The notes under the pieces: model-generated
Databases searched by the model: none
What the model saw: only the letters and a program-made list of their open reading frames with translations
Told to the model about the DNA's origin: nothing
Shown here: piece after piece, positions 1 to 10,882 of the stretch
Layout of the letters: each line of letters opens with the position of its first letter
Numbering within the stretch: the first letter of the stretch is position 1
Assembly: GCF_032191835.1 (NCBI RefSeq)
Contig: NC_083229.1
Coordinates: forward strand, 12,772,001-12,836,000
From: Heteronotia binoei
Lineage: Eukaryota
Length of the DNA stretch: 64,000 nt
Reading direction: 5' to 3'
Position numbers and translations under genes: made by a program

Positions 1-378
1 CTCCCAACTCCAGATCATTAATGAACGTTAAAGAGCATGGGACCCAGTACTGAGCCCTGCGGCACCCCACTGCTTACTTTTCTCCACTGCGAAGACTGCC
101 CATTTATACTCACTCTCTGCTTCCTATTAATTAGCCAGTTTTTGATCCACAAGAGGACCTGTCCTTTTACTCCATGACGCTCGAGCTTACTAAGGAGCCT
201 TTGATGAGGAACTTTACCAAAAGCTTTCTGGAAGTCAAGGTAAACAACATCTATTGGGTCCTCTTTGTCCACATGCTTGTTCACCCCCTCACATGCTTGT
301 TCTCACCACCCTGAACAAATTAGGGTCATCTGCAAACTTGGCCACTTCACTGCTCACTCCCAACTCCAGATCATTAAT
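1..378 (-). mobile_element. CR1 LINE fragment (RT domain)
   Basis: ORF 18..284 has the CR1 RT motifs [18 protein letters not shown] and [11 protein letters not shown]; the DNA closely matches the CR1 at 34773-37776. Confidence 0.92.
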
Positions 379-984
379 GAAAATATGTTGGACTACATGG
401 TTGGGTTGGACTACATGGCTTGAATGATTGCCTCCAACCCTTCATTATAATGCTGCTGCTTACAATATGCTTCACCGGGTATGGTCAATTGAAGCATATC
501 GTAAGCAGCAGCATTATAATGAAGTTAAGGTTTGAAGAAGAAGAAGAGTTCTCTGGAATAATATTTTTCACTGAAGGTTTGTGGACATTGGTTTGTCTTT
601 GAATTACTTCGGGGTGAGGGTACATGCGCTTTATCTGTATTAATGTTTAATGGTTTTGAATACACTTTGAATATTTTTCTAGACTTTGTTTAAACTGTGA
701 TCTTTTTGCATTCAGTTTAGAGGCTGGTTTTCCCGGAGGTGTTTACCTTTATTCCCTGCTCCGTTATCCGCGTTGCTCTTCGTGGCTTGCTCAATCCCCA
801 GGTGGGGGCAGGGGATCCTGTGTTTCTTTCTTTCCTTTTTCTTTTTTTAACTTTTTAAAATAAACTTTATTAAGCTTTAGTATACAAGTTGCATCCAAAG
901 CTATGAGATGAAAATTCTAAACCGCTTACATCACATAATTTCAGATCCCCTAAAAGGGAAGATCTTTGTCTGTATATGTGCATG

Positions 985-1281
985 AAAGGAAAGGAAAGGT
1001 CTCCTGTGCAAGCACCAGTCGTTTCCGACTCTGGGGTGACGTTGCTCTCACAACGTTTTCACGGCAGACTTTTTTATGGGGTGGTTTGCCTTTGCCTTTC
1101 CCAGTCATCTACACTTTCCCCCCAGCAAGCTGGGGACTCATTTGACCGACCTCGGAAGGATGGAAGGCTGAGTCAACCTTGGGCCAGCTATTTGAATCCA
1201 GCTTCCGCCGGAATCGAACTCAGGTCATGAGCAGAGGACTGACTGCAGTACTGCAGCTTTACCACTCAGCGCCACGGGGCC
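985..1281 (-). mobile_element. Sauria/Squam1-type SINE
   Basis: BovB-like tail (gaaaggaaaggt...ccagtcgtttccgactctgggg) at the left and tRNA-like head (ccactcagcgccacggggc) at the right. Confidence 0.75.
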
Positions 1282-1283
1282 GC

Positions 1284-1701
1284 TATATGTACATGACAAG
1301 CTTACTAATAACTATACCTGAGTTCAAAGTACTTAGACTTTGTTTTTTATTAATTGAGAATGAGTTTATATATTTAACTGTAACCTTTGCTTTTCTTTAA
1401 CTAAATCAACTATGCAATTGGTTTAATAATGAAGACTAATTTAATTGTTCTAACTGTTCCATTTGTGTACCAGTTTGTACTGGTTAATGTTATTAGTATA
1501 TGTACATGACAAGCTTACTAATAACAACAACCAGTACAAACCGGTAAACACATGGAACTGTTAGAACAATTAAATTAGTTGTCATTATTAAACCAATTGC
1601 ACAGTTGATTTAGTTAAAGAAAATAAAAGATTGCAGTTAAATATATAAACTCATTCTCAATTAATAAAAAACCAAAGTCTAAGTACTTTGAGCTCAGGTA
1701 T
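1284..1701. repeat. AT-rich fold-back: 29-bp direct repeat plus ~185-bp inverted arms
   Basis: tatatgtacatgacaagcttactaataac at 1284-1312 and 1497-1525; 1314-1498 is the reverse complement of 1514-1701. Confidence 0.85.
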
Positions 1702-1809
1702 TTGATTAGATTGTATAAAATCAAAAAATCCAAACCATTTTTCTAGAAATGTATCTTCTTTGTTTCCAGAAGAATCCATTTTAACTATAAGGTGTCTATG
1801 TGTTTATTG

Positions 1810-1947
1810 CATGGGGTGGCCAACGGTAGCTCTCCAGATGTTTTTTTGCCTACAAGTCCCATCAGCCCCAGCCATCGGCCATGCTGGCTGGGGCTTATGG
1901 GAGTTGTAGGCAAAAAACATCTGGAGAGCTACCGTTGGCCACCCCTG
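1810..1947. mobile_element. Palindromic hAT-type MITE
   Basis: Terminal inverted repeats c(a/t)ggggtggccaacggtag...ctaccgttggccacccctg; 8-bp TSD gtttattg/gtctattg. Confidence 0.85.
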
Positions 1948-2097
1948 GTCTATTGTGTATGCTGCATACGACACTTGAATTTTTCATGTATTTTTAAAAA
2001 TCTTTATATTGTGCACTGTGCAATAAATATTTTTCTTAAAAAAATATTCTTCCCACTCAATCTTTTGAGTACCTAATGGAATCTGCCTGTGACAAAG

Positions 2098-2291
2098 AAG
2101 CTTTTTGGTGTAGTGGTTAAGTGTGCAGACTCTTATCTGGGAGAACCGGGTTTGATTCCCCACTCCTTCACTTGCACCTGCTGATGTGGCCTTGGGTCAA
2201 TCGTAGTTCTGGCAGAGGTTGTCCTTGAAAGGGCAGCTGCTGTGAGAGCCCTCTCCAGCCCCACCCACCTCACAGGGTGTCTGTTGTAGGG
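2098..2291 (+). mobile_element. tRNA-derived Squam3-like SINE (both ends truncated)
   Basis: A-box tggtgtagtgg, B-box gggtttgattccc, MIR/Ther1-like core cccacctcacagggtgtctgttgt. Confidence 0.8.
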
Positions 2292-3818
2292 GACACGGTA
2301 CTGGTAAATATATTCGCTGTAACTACATTCGCTGTAACATCCATCACTCAAGGTAAGTCTAAATGCTTCTTGCCTTGTGTCAGATACAGAATGATGTGGA
2401 GCTAGGTGTGGTCCACCGCTTCTCTTGTTTGAGAGTTGTGTTGTTTGGGGCAGGGCTGGAGAGCTGGCATCTGTAGATTATGTGTTCTGTGGCAGGGAAG
2501 CTGCCACCTGGGTGAGAGACCCAGAACCAACAGGCTTGTTGTGCTTGGCCAGCTCTCCCCATGTTGTTTGGGGAAGGGCTGGAGAGCTGGCATCTGCAGA
2601 TTGTTTGTTCTGTGGCAGGGAAGCTGGCACCTGGGTGAGAGACCCAGAACCAGCAGGCTTGTTGTGCTTGGCCAGCTCTCCCCATGTTGTTTGGGGGCAG
2701 GGCTGGAGAGCTGGCATCTGGGTTTGCTGCAGTCAGGTCTGCAGAGCAGACCTTGAACACATTGTGTTTTGTGTGGCAGTGACATTGGCAACTGGGTTTA
2801 TATTGGTTCCAGGTCTGCAGGGTTCATAGAGTAGATAGAGGGATGTAGTGCATTTGGGTCCTATAGAGAATCTCTGGTGTGAAGTTAGGTTTGGCTTTGG
2901 GTGCCCCAGGAATTGGACCCCCAGGTCCAATTTTTTTTTGGCCTTGTGGGTTTTGAGTGGGACAGTGCCCTGAAGCTGCACAGGAGTTTGGGGGGCTCTC
3001 CTCAAAACCTCCTGCTCCCCAGAGCCACTTTTCCCACGACAATTACAGTGAGGAAGTGGCTGTAATTGGTTTTCTCTCACCATTGGGAGCAGTGTTCCTT
3101 TTGGGGTGCCCACTGATGGGTGCAGTCTTTTGGGGCCAGGGGGGTTGCACGCTGGGGAGTCCCCTGAAGCTGTCCTGCAGTTTTGGGGCCTCTCCCTCAA
3201 ACCCCCCTCTGGCCAGAGCCACTTTCCCCACAGCAATTATAGTGGAGGAAGTGGCTAATTGGGCTTTCACCATCATTGGTGGTAACGGGCCTTTTGGAGA
3301 GCCCAAAGACAGGGACCCCCTGGCCCAATCTTTTTGGGATTTGGGGGTTTTATAGGGGAGAGTTCCCTGCGGGTTCCTAGCAGTTTTTGGGGCTCTCCCT
3401 CAAACCCCCTGCCCCCCAGTAGCCTCTAATTATGCCCTATGTTGCCATTGATTTCAATGGCCCATAGGGTATAATGGTGGGATAGGGGCACCCTCTTTGG
3501 GTGCCCCTGGAATGGGACCCCTGGCCCAATATTTTTGGGACTTGGAGGGTTTGTAGGGGAGAGTCCCTTGAAGGTCCCCTGAAAATTTGGGGGCTCTCCC
3601 TCAAACCCCCTCCCCTCCAGGCGGCTTCCAATATACCCTATTTTGCCATTGATTTCAATAGCCATAGAGTATAATGGGGCCGTATATTCAGAAATAGCCG
3701 TGCATCTACCGTATATTCTGAGTACGGTAATAGGAAATACATGGCATTCCGTATCTTTTTGGCCCCGTGTATTTCCAAATCCGTGTAATTCTGTATTTTT
3801 TTTTTTTGCACACCCCTA
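2292..3818. mobile_element. Probable long non-autonomous DNA transposon (hAT-like) with internal repeats
   Basis: Right end gcacacccctag; recurring ggggctctccctcaaacccc and ggacccc..ggcccaat motifs at ~2900-3640. Left end not clearly defined. Confidence 0.5.
2439..2720. repeat. 123-bp tandem repeat, ~2.3 copies
   Basis: Unit tgttgtttgggg...gccagctctccccat starts at 2439, 2562 and 2685. Confidence 0.9.
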
Positions 3819-3819
3819 G

Positions 3820-3997
3820 CGGGGAATCAAACCTGGTTCTCCCAGATAAGAGTCCGCACACTTAACCACTACTGGGGAAGAAGGTCTATGAGAGCTATGG
3901 CTGGCTCAAGGCCATGCCAGCAGGTGCAAGTGGAGAAGTGGGGAATCAAACCCGGTTCTCCCAGATAAGAGTCCGCACACTTAACCACTACACCAAA
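3820..3997 (-). mobile_element. Squam3-like SINE with tandemly repeated head
   Basis: Two A/B-box heads joined by gctctcatagaccttcttcccc (minus strand). Confidence 0.75.
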
Positions 3998-4504
3998 CTA
4001 TCTGTGATGAATGCACTGTCTTCAGGTGTGGCAAATAGATGAACTTGTACATTGTGCCAGATGGGCTGCTGAGTCACAGAAAAAATTTCCCATGTCCAGT
4101 AGTGAAGGGAATATGATTTGTGGTGTGCCAAACTCTGTTGGAGATGTACATCCCTCTGTCCTTAGCCTGACAGCATCATGTGAGCAAATGTTCGTTTCTT
4201 GGCTGTCAAGATAGTCATCAGTGAAAGGAGGAGGAGACTTTTGCCATCAGAGTTTCATGTCCTAAAAAGGCACTGCGGAGATCAGCCTTTTTGCATTTGG
4301 CCAAGAAAGCAAAGCCAAAGGACCGCTCGGCTCCCTGGTTCAATAAAATGTATCTTTTTCTGGCCTCTTGTTTGTACCTTTCCACTTCCATCCTTAAAGA
4401 AGCAAGTCAATGATTTTGTAACATTAAACTACATGCAAAATTATAGCAACTATGAAAATGATTAAATGGGGGGGGGGAAGGATCTTGAAAGGTTGGAGAG
4501 ACTT

Positions 4505-4915
4505 TTCTGCTACCAACCTTCAGGAGGAACCTGAAGATCTCCTGGAATAATAACTGATCTCCAAATTATAGAGGTTAATTTCCCTGGAGAAAATGGCTCC
4601 TCGCCAAGGCTTTTTTTTGTAGCAAGAACTTCTTTGCATATTAGGCTACATCCACCTTGATGTAGCTAATCTTGCAATAACTTACAGGGCTCTTAGTACA
4701 GGGCCTACTGTGAGCTCCAGGAGGATGGGCTACATCAAGGGGGTATGGCCTAATATGCAAAGGAGTTCCAGCTACAAAAAAGCCCTGCTCCTCTTAAAGG
4801 TGGAGCTTAAGGAATTATACCCCACTGAGGTCCTTCATCTCCTAAAACTCCACCCACTCCAGGAGGCTCTCCCCAAATCTCCAGGAGTTTCCCAGTTTAC
4901 AATTGGCTACCCTGG
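4505..4915. mobile_element. Old hAT-like non-autonomous element interrupted by a MITE
   Basis: Degenerate ccaaccttcaggag...ccctggagaaaatggct...ggctaccctg; recognised from memory of gecko agggttgcca-type elements. Confidence 0.5.
4605..4788. mobile_element. Palindromic hAT-type MITE (cagggctttttttgtag family)
   Basis: TIRs caaggctttttttgtagc / gctacaaaaaaagccctg; TSD ctcctcgc/ctcctctt (6 of 8 match). Confidence 0.75.
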
Positions 4916-5082
4916 CTTGATCCCATTAAATTTATCCTGTCGGCGGAGACAAAGGAGTCAATGGGTATTTGGGCTTTCTTTCTACAGCTGGAAGTGAAGA
5001 AAACAGGTTGGTTTTAGGGAATTTTCCTTGTTGAATAAGGTCAAAAAAGCTCCTTTGTGAAATAACTTGTGCAGATTGATGG

Positions 5083-5459
5083 NNNNNNNNNNNNNNNNNN
5101 NNNNNNNNNNNNNNNNNNNNNNNNNNNNNNNNNNNNNNNNNNNNNNNNNNNNNNNNNNNNNNNNNNNNNNNNNNNNNNNNNNNNNNNNNNNNNNNNNNNN
5201 NNNNNNNNNNNNNNNNNNNNNNNNNNNNNNNTGACTCTCAGACATCTGATGTTTATTCTATGTGGCTTTTATGTTANNNNNNNNNNNNNNNNNNNNNNNN
5301 NNNNNNNNNNNNNNNNNNNNNNNNNNNNNNNNNNNNNNNNNNNNNNNNNNNNNNNNNNNNNNNNNNNNNNNNNNNNNNNNNNNNNNNNNNNNNNNNNNNN
5401 NNNNNNNNNNNNNNNNNNNNNNNNNNNNNNNNNNNNNNNNNNNNNNNNNNNNNNNNNNN
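5083..5459. other. Two N gaps (5083-5231, 5277-5459) in a probable ~45-50 bp minisatellite
   Basis: The island between the gaps and the right flank carry the same ctctcagacatctga.gtttattctatgtggctttta.gtta unit. Confidence 0.7.
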
Positions 5460-5715
5460 GTGGCTCTCAGACATCTGAGGTTTATTCTATGTGGCTTTTA
5501 CGTTAAGCAGATTTGCCCATGCCTGTTACAAACCAACAAGATTATGATGGTAAAAAAACTCCCTTTGGCTCTCTGAGGAAATCTCTAAGGAAATCTCTAA
5601 GGTGCTACAGGACTCTAATCTAGCTGTCCCTGCAAAAAGCATAGCAGTAGCAAGGACATCACTAAAACAGCATTACATTCACCAGCCAACCATAAAATAA
5701 AACAAGAAGCCTCAT

Positions 5716-5854
5716 AAAGGTAGACCCCATGCAAGCACCAGTCATTTCCGACTCTGGGGTGACATTGCATCCCGACGTTTCCACTGCAGGCTTTTAATGG
5801 GGTGGTTTGCCATTGCTTTCCCCAGTCATCTACACTTTCCCCCCAGCAACGGGT
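5716..5854 (-). mobile_element. Sauria/Squam1-type SINE, tail half (split by an insertion)
   Basis: Matches ~990-1135 of the intact copy; resumes at 7663. Confidence 0.75.
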
Positions 5855-7443
5855 GGAGAGAACTTTGATTTGAATAACTCGCTTGATCAGCTGATTGAAA
5901 CTGACTGATGTCTAACAATGCCCCAGCCCTCACCAGTGAAACTGTTATCCTGGAATATAGCTGGCTGGGGAAGCAAGAAATGGGACTCTGATTTTTGTTC
6001 CTACCTCAAACAATTTGAGATCATCTTTCTCCAGGAAACCTGGACAGACACTTTGATTTGCCTCGAGGGTTTTCTAGCATACTCCTTACCTGGGTTTAAA
6101 AGTAATTCACGTGGTCGTCTCCAAGCAGGCTTGTCTTTACTAGTCTCTCAGCAATCTAAATTTAAAGTGCTGGAACTACCTGCTTGCAACCCCCTTGCCC
6201 ATGCTTTTCGTTTTAGCTGTCATAGCTTTGTGTTTATTGTTGTTAATGTCTACCCTCCCCCCTCTCCTGACAAAGCTTCGCTATGCTCCCTTTGGGATCG
6301 TATGACCACATATCTCGAACAACTTGAGCACCTCTTTCCCATGACAGATATTATTTTACTTGGAGATTTTAATGCTAGAATTGGTAAAGATGACCGGGAC
6401 CTCTTGGCTCTCCTGAACTTAGACCCCAATGTTTCCCTCCCTTGTTTTTTTTAGGTCTGGCAGGATTTCTAAAGATGCCCGCATCAACCAGGCAGGCATT
6501 CTATTTGCTAAGTATTGCATCCAATTTGATAAACTAGTGCTAAATGGCTCTTCTGACAGGGATTTCCCGGGGGAAGTCACCTTTGCATCAATCAGAGGCT
6601 GCAGCGTCTTAGATTATATTTTAATTCCTCCATCTTTTAAAGATTATTTAGTACATTTTTATATTGACAATCGCTCTGAGAGTGACCATTTTCCCTTGGT
6701 TTTCATATTTGACAATCCATCACCTCCTGATGATAACCCAGCCTGTGTAAGGGCAGACATATCTGCTGGGTCCCTCTCCAGACTTACTTGGTCATGCAAC
6801 CTTGCTGTGAGGACCCAGCTAATAATCAATGAGCAAGCACTAGAGAATTTACGCCTCTCCCTTATGTCTTCCATGAATCCCATGGAAGTTATCTCCTCCT
6901 ATGACAACCTTGTCTCTAATGTTATTTCCCTTCTTAACCCCTCCTCTCCTGTGGTTTTTAAAGGCAAATTTAAACATAATCCCTGGCACAACAGAGAATG
7001 TCTTCGCTTGAAGTCCACACTTTGCTCTATCTATCATCACTATAGGAGCCAAAAAAAGTCTGTATTACCAAAAGATTATTTTATTGTTAAACACAAGCTG
7101 TTAGATATGGTCAAGGCCAAGAAGCTACAGCTTGCAAGGGCCCAATGGGAGCGCCTGATCGAAGCTTCTAGGTCCAACGATAGTGGGAAATTTTGGGCTT
7201 TAATCTCTGGAGATCTGCAGGGGAACCCTTACCCCACAATAACAATTTCTTCCCAAGCCTGGCACTCATACTTTTTAAATCTTTTTGGAAACGATGGGGC
7301 AAATTTCCCCATTTCCCTTGAAACTGACATCAGTGAACATCCTGAGTGGCCACCTGTGTCCCCGGAAGACATCATTACCCTGATTTCGCAACTTAAGTCC
7401 AAAAAGGCCCCCGGCCCTGACACAGTCATTCCAGAGCTATTGA
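5855..7443 (+). mobile_element. Non-LTR retrotransposon ORF2 N-terminal part (APE endonuclease, linker, start of RT); clade uncertain, RTE-X-like
   Basis: KLLSWNIAGW, FLQETW, LLGDFNARIG, VLDYIL, SDHFPL, KKAPGPD motifs. ORFs 5918..6454 and 6429..7628 are joined by a one-base frameshift in a T8 run at ~6445-6452. Confidence 0.85.
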
Positions 7444-7663
7444 GGGGCTGTCATAAGAGGAGGGTGTGGAACAGACTCTGGAACAGTGGAACAGGCGGTG
7501 GTGGGCTCTCCTTCCTTGGAGGTTTTTCAACAGAGGCTAGATGGCCATCTGACAGCAATGAAGATCCTGTGAATTTAGGGGGGGGGGGTGTTTGTGAGTT
7601 TCCTGCATTGTGCATGGGGTTGGACTAGATGACCCTGGAGGTCCCTTCCAACTCTATGATTCT
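7441..7663 (+). mobile_element. CR1 LINE 3' end
   Basis: ggttggactagatgaccctggaggtcccttccaactctatgattcta tail. Confidence 0.85.
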
Positions 7664-7795
7664 ACTCATTTACTGACCTCAGAAGGATGGAAGGCCGAGT
7701 CCACCTCAAGCCATCTACCTGAGCTCAGCTTCTGTCGGGATCAAACTCAGATTGTGAGCAGAGTTTAGGACTGCAGGACTGCAGCTTTACTACTC
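7663..7795 (-). mobile_element. Sauria/Squam1-type SINE, head half
   Basis: actcatttactgacctcagaaggatggaagg continues exactly where 5854 stopped, by comparison with 1135-1270. Confidence 0.75.
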
Positions 7796-8674
7796 TAACA
7801 CATAATATTAATTCAGTCTTTTTAAGCAAGAGGCTTCTATTAATTTTGGGATCTCACCTTGATGGCTATACAAGTGTCAGTAGGAAACTGCAGACTCCTA
7901 AATGTTACTGAAACAAATCAAATGGTTTATTGAAAAGCATTACTGAATCATACACTGAAGAAGCAAATTGCAAACTGAATCACATATATGATATGGGAAT
8001 ACATGAAAAAGGCATGGATACAAAATTACTAGTATGATGTAGAGGGTTAGAGGAAGTAATAGAACTCAATAAATAATCAGTGCTGAAGCAAGGCTCAATA
8101 AAGTCTATTTCTAAACCAGTTTTAGACCAAAAAGGGGTCCACTAGAAAATGGAGAGATGAACTACAAACCTTCTAAATATCTTTGAAAGGAAGGGCTGCA
8201 ATCGTGAGAGGAACCTCGATGATTACTAGCAAATCTAAACGTCATATTGAGAGCCACCCTACCCATTCTTCTGTCCTTCAAGTTTTAGCTCAGTTTCCTT
8301 GCAAGCGAGTTGATGCAATTTCATTGCTACCTTGGGGGAAATCTGGGAAGGTCAAAGAGGCAGGACTTTCACAGGCTTTCGAGCCTCTCAACTCTCAGAC
8401 TCCTGGGAATTAGGAGGGGAGGGCAGAGCACAGCAGCTGGGGGCCTGGAACTACATTACAAGCCTGTCCAGACACAGAGTTTCTTGATAGGGTCGCCAGC
8501 CTCCCGGAGGTGTAAGCAACCACAAAATAAACACCACTGTCTCTTACTTAAATTAGCATGTTATAATTGTTATTCACATGCTCTGGCATTCAACAATACA
8601 AAGTTACATTTCCAAAGCCATAATTCATGTCTAGAATGCAAGAAAGATGTCAATGTAGGAGTCTCTAGTCAGTT

Positions 8675-9115
8675 TCCAAAACTCTGGTCAATTTCCAGTA
8701 GTGTTCCTTTGGGCTTTTGGCTTTAGATAGGTGATAAACTCTGGTCAATTTCCAGTAGTTTTTTTTTTTTAAATAGGGTTTATACCCCATCCTGCACTCT
8801 GAATCTCAGAGTCTCAGAGCGGCTCACAATCTGCTTTATCTTCTTCCCCCACAACAAACACCCTGTGAGGTGGGTGGAGCTGAGGGCTCTCACAGCAGCT
8901 GCCCTTTCAAGGACAACTCCTGCGAGAGAGATGGCTGACCCAAGGCCATTCCAGCAGGTGCAAGTGGAGGAGTGGGGAATCAAACCCGGTTTTCCCTGAT
9001 TAGAGTCCGCGCACTTAACCACTACACCAAACTGTTGCTTTGAGCTCTTGGCTTTAGACGATAAACTCTGGTCAGTTTCCAGTAGAGTTCCTCTGAGCTC
9101 TTGGCTTTAGTTAAG
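8675..9115. repeat. ~55-bp repeat (aaactctggtca.tttccagtag...ggctttag), split by a minus-strand Squam3-like SINE at ~8773-9032
   Basis: Unit visible at ~8678, 8737 and 9063; SINE A/B boxes on the minus strand between them. Confidence 0.7.
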
Positions 9116-9128
9116 TGATGACATGTCT

Positions 9129-9500
9129 GTCAGACAATGGAACTTCAAATCAACCAGACTTTGATTTGATACAAAGTTTAGGCTTTATTAGAGAATCCAT
9201 AGCATCTGAGCGAAGAAAGATTGGAACTGATACAGTGTTGCATGTGAGCACATATCTTAAAGAATTCTACATCAAAGCTTGCTATGCAAAAACCCACACA
9301 TCTAAACATTGCTAAACATTGCTAGGTCGGGGTGCAAGGTTTCACAGGGGTACTTCCTCTTATCTCTTTGTTATTGCTGCTTCACAGGAATGGCCGAACT
9401 GCCAGCCCTGAGGCACTTATCTTCAACGGAAGGTATCTTTTGTTAGTTACAGGGAAAGGAATGTTCACACCAACTATTAGTAACCTTCTGTGGCCTCTAT
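9129..9500 (-). mobile_element. Possible solo LTR
   Basis: Minus strand reads tttaagata, then aataaagcct, ending ...tgtctgaca. No TSD found; right end cut by CR1. Confidence 0.4.
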
Positions 9501-9507
9501 TTTGATA

Positions 9508-10428
9508 TGCGGATGACACTAAATTGTTCAGGGTGGTGAGAACCAGAGAAGATTGTGAGGAACTCCAAAGGGATCTGTTGAGGCTGGGTGAGTGGGCGTC
9601 AACGTGGCAGATGAGGTTCAATGTGGCCAAGTGCAAAGTAATGCACATTGGGGCCAAGAATCTCAGCTACAAATACAAGTTGATGGGGGTGTGAACTGGC
9701 AGAGACTGACCAAGAGAGAGAACTTGGGGTCGTGGTAGATAACTCACTGAAAATGTCAAGACAGTGTGCGTTTGCAATAAAAAAGGCCAACGCCATGCTG
9801 GGAATTATTAGGAAGGGAATTGAAAACAAATCAGCCAGTATCATAATGCCCCTGTATAAATCGATGGTGCGGTCTCATTTGGAGTACTGTGTGCAGTTCT
9901 GGTCGCCGCACCTCAAAAAGGATATTATAGCATTGGAGAAAGTCCAGAAAAGGGCAACTAGAATGATTAAAGGGCTGGAGCACTTTCCCTATGAAGAAAG
10001 GTTGAAACGCTTGGGGCTCTTTAGCTTGGAGAAATGTCGACTGCGGGGTGACATGATAGAGGTTTACAAGATAATGCATGGGATGGAGAAAGTAGAGAAA
10101 GAAGTCCTTTTCTCCCTTTCTCACAATACAAGAACTCGTGCGCATTCGATGAAATTGCTGAGCAGCCAGGTTAAGACGGATAAAAGGAAGTACTTCTTCA
10201 CCCAAAGGGTGATTAACATGTGGCATTCACTGCCACAGGAGGTGGTGGCGGCCACAAGCATAGCCACCTTCAAGAGGGGTTTAGATAAAAATATGGAGCA
10301 GAGGTCCATCAGTGGCTATTAGCCACAGTGTGTGTGTGTGTATAAAATTTTTTGCCACTGTGTGACCCAGAGTGTTGGACTGGATGGGCCATTGGCCTGA
10401 TCCAACATGGCTTCTCTTATGTTCTTAA
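9508..10428 (+). mobile_element. 5'-truncated CR1 LINE (end of RT plus 3' tail)
   Basis: ADDTKLF motif, ORF 9732..10322 (HLEYCVQFWSP, LEKVQKRATRMI), tail cttctcttatgttctta. Confidence 0.95.
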
Positions 10429-10882
10429 GCTTTCTCATGGTTAGTATCCATGCTAAGAAAATTGAGTCAGTAAGGCTAAGCATTTACTGTAGTTATATTC
10501 CAGTGTCTGACGACGTCTCCAGGGTTTAAACTGGAAGTGTTTCAAGAGGCTCTCCCTTCTTCAAATTACCATCATTAAATTTGGAACCGCTGCTCAAAAT
10601 ACAGTTTCTCAGAGGCCTGAGTCCAACCAGCGATGGAGGCAGTCTAGGTTGTCAGTGAGAGGACATGACATGAACTATGGCTCTGGAAATGTACTTTTGT
10701 ATTATTGGATGCATGAGTGTGCAAATAACAATTATAACATGCTAACTTAAGCAAGAGACAGTGTTGTTTATTTGGGGGTTGCTCAATCTGCACGCTGTCT
10801 GTAGTTTCGTGTTTTGCTAAGCAGGGTTTTTTTTTTTTTGTAGCAGGAACTCCTTTGCCTATTAGGTCACACCCCCCTGATG

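Noticed and set aside
2733-3665. Several 64-167 aa Gly/Pro-rich ORFs
   Set aside because: They arise from GC-rich internal repeats of a non-autonomous transposon; no recognisable domain.
4982-5576. ORFs containing long X runs (also 29895-30303)
   Set aside because: Artefacts of translating N gaps.
7875-8460. Possible second solo LTR
   Set aside because: Has an aataaa-like signal on the minus strand but no consistent TG...CA ends or TSD.
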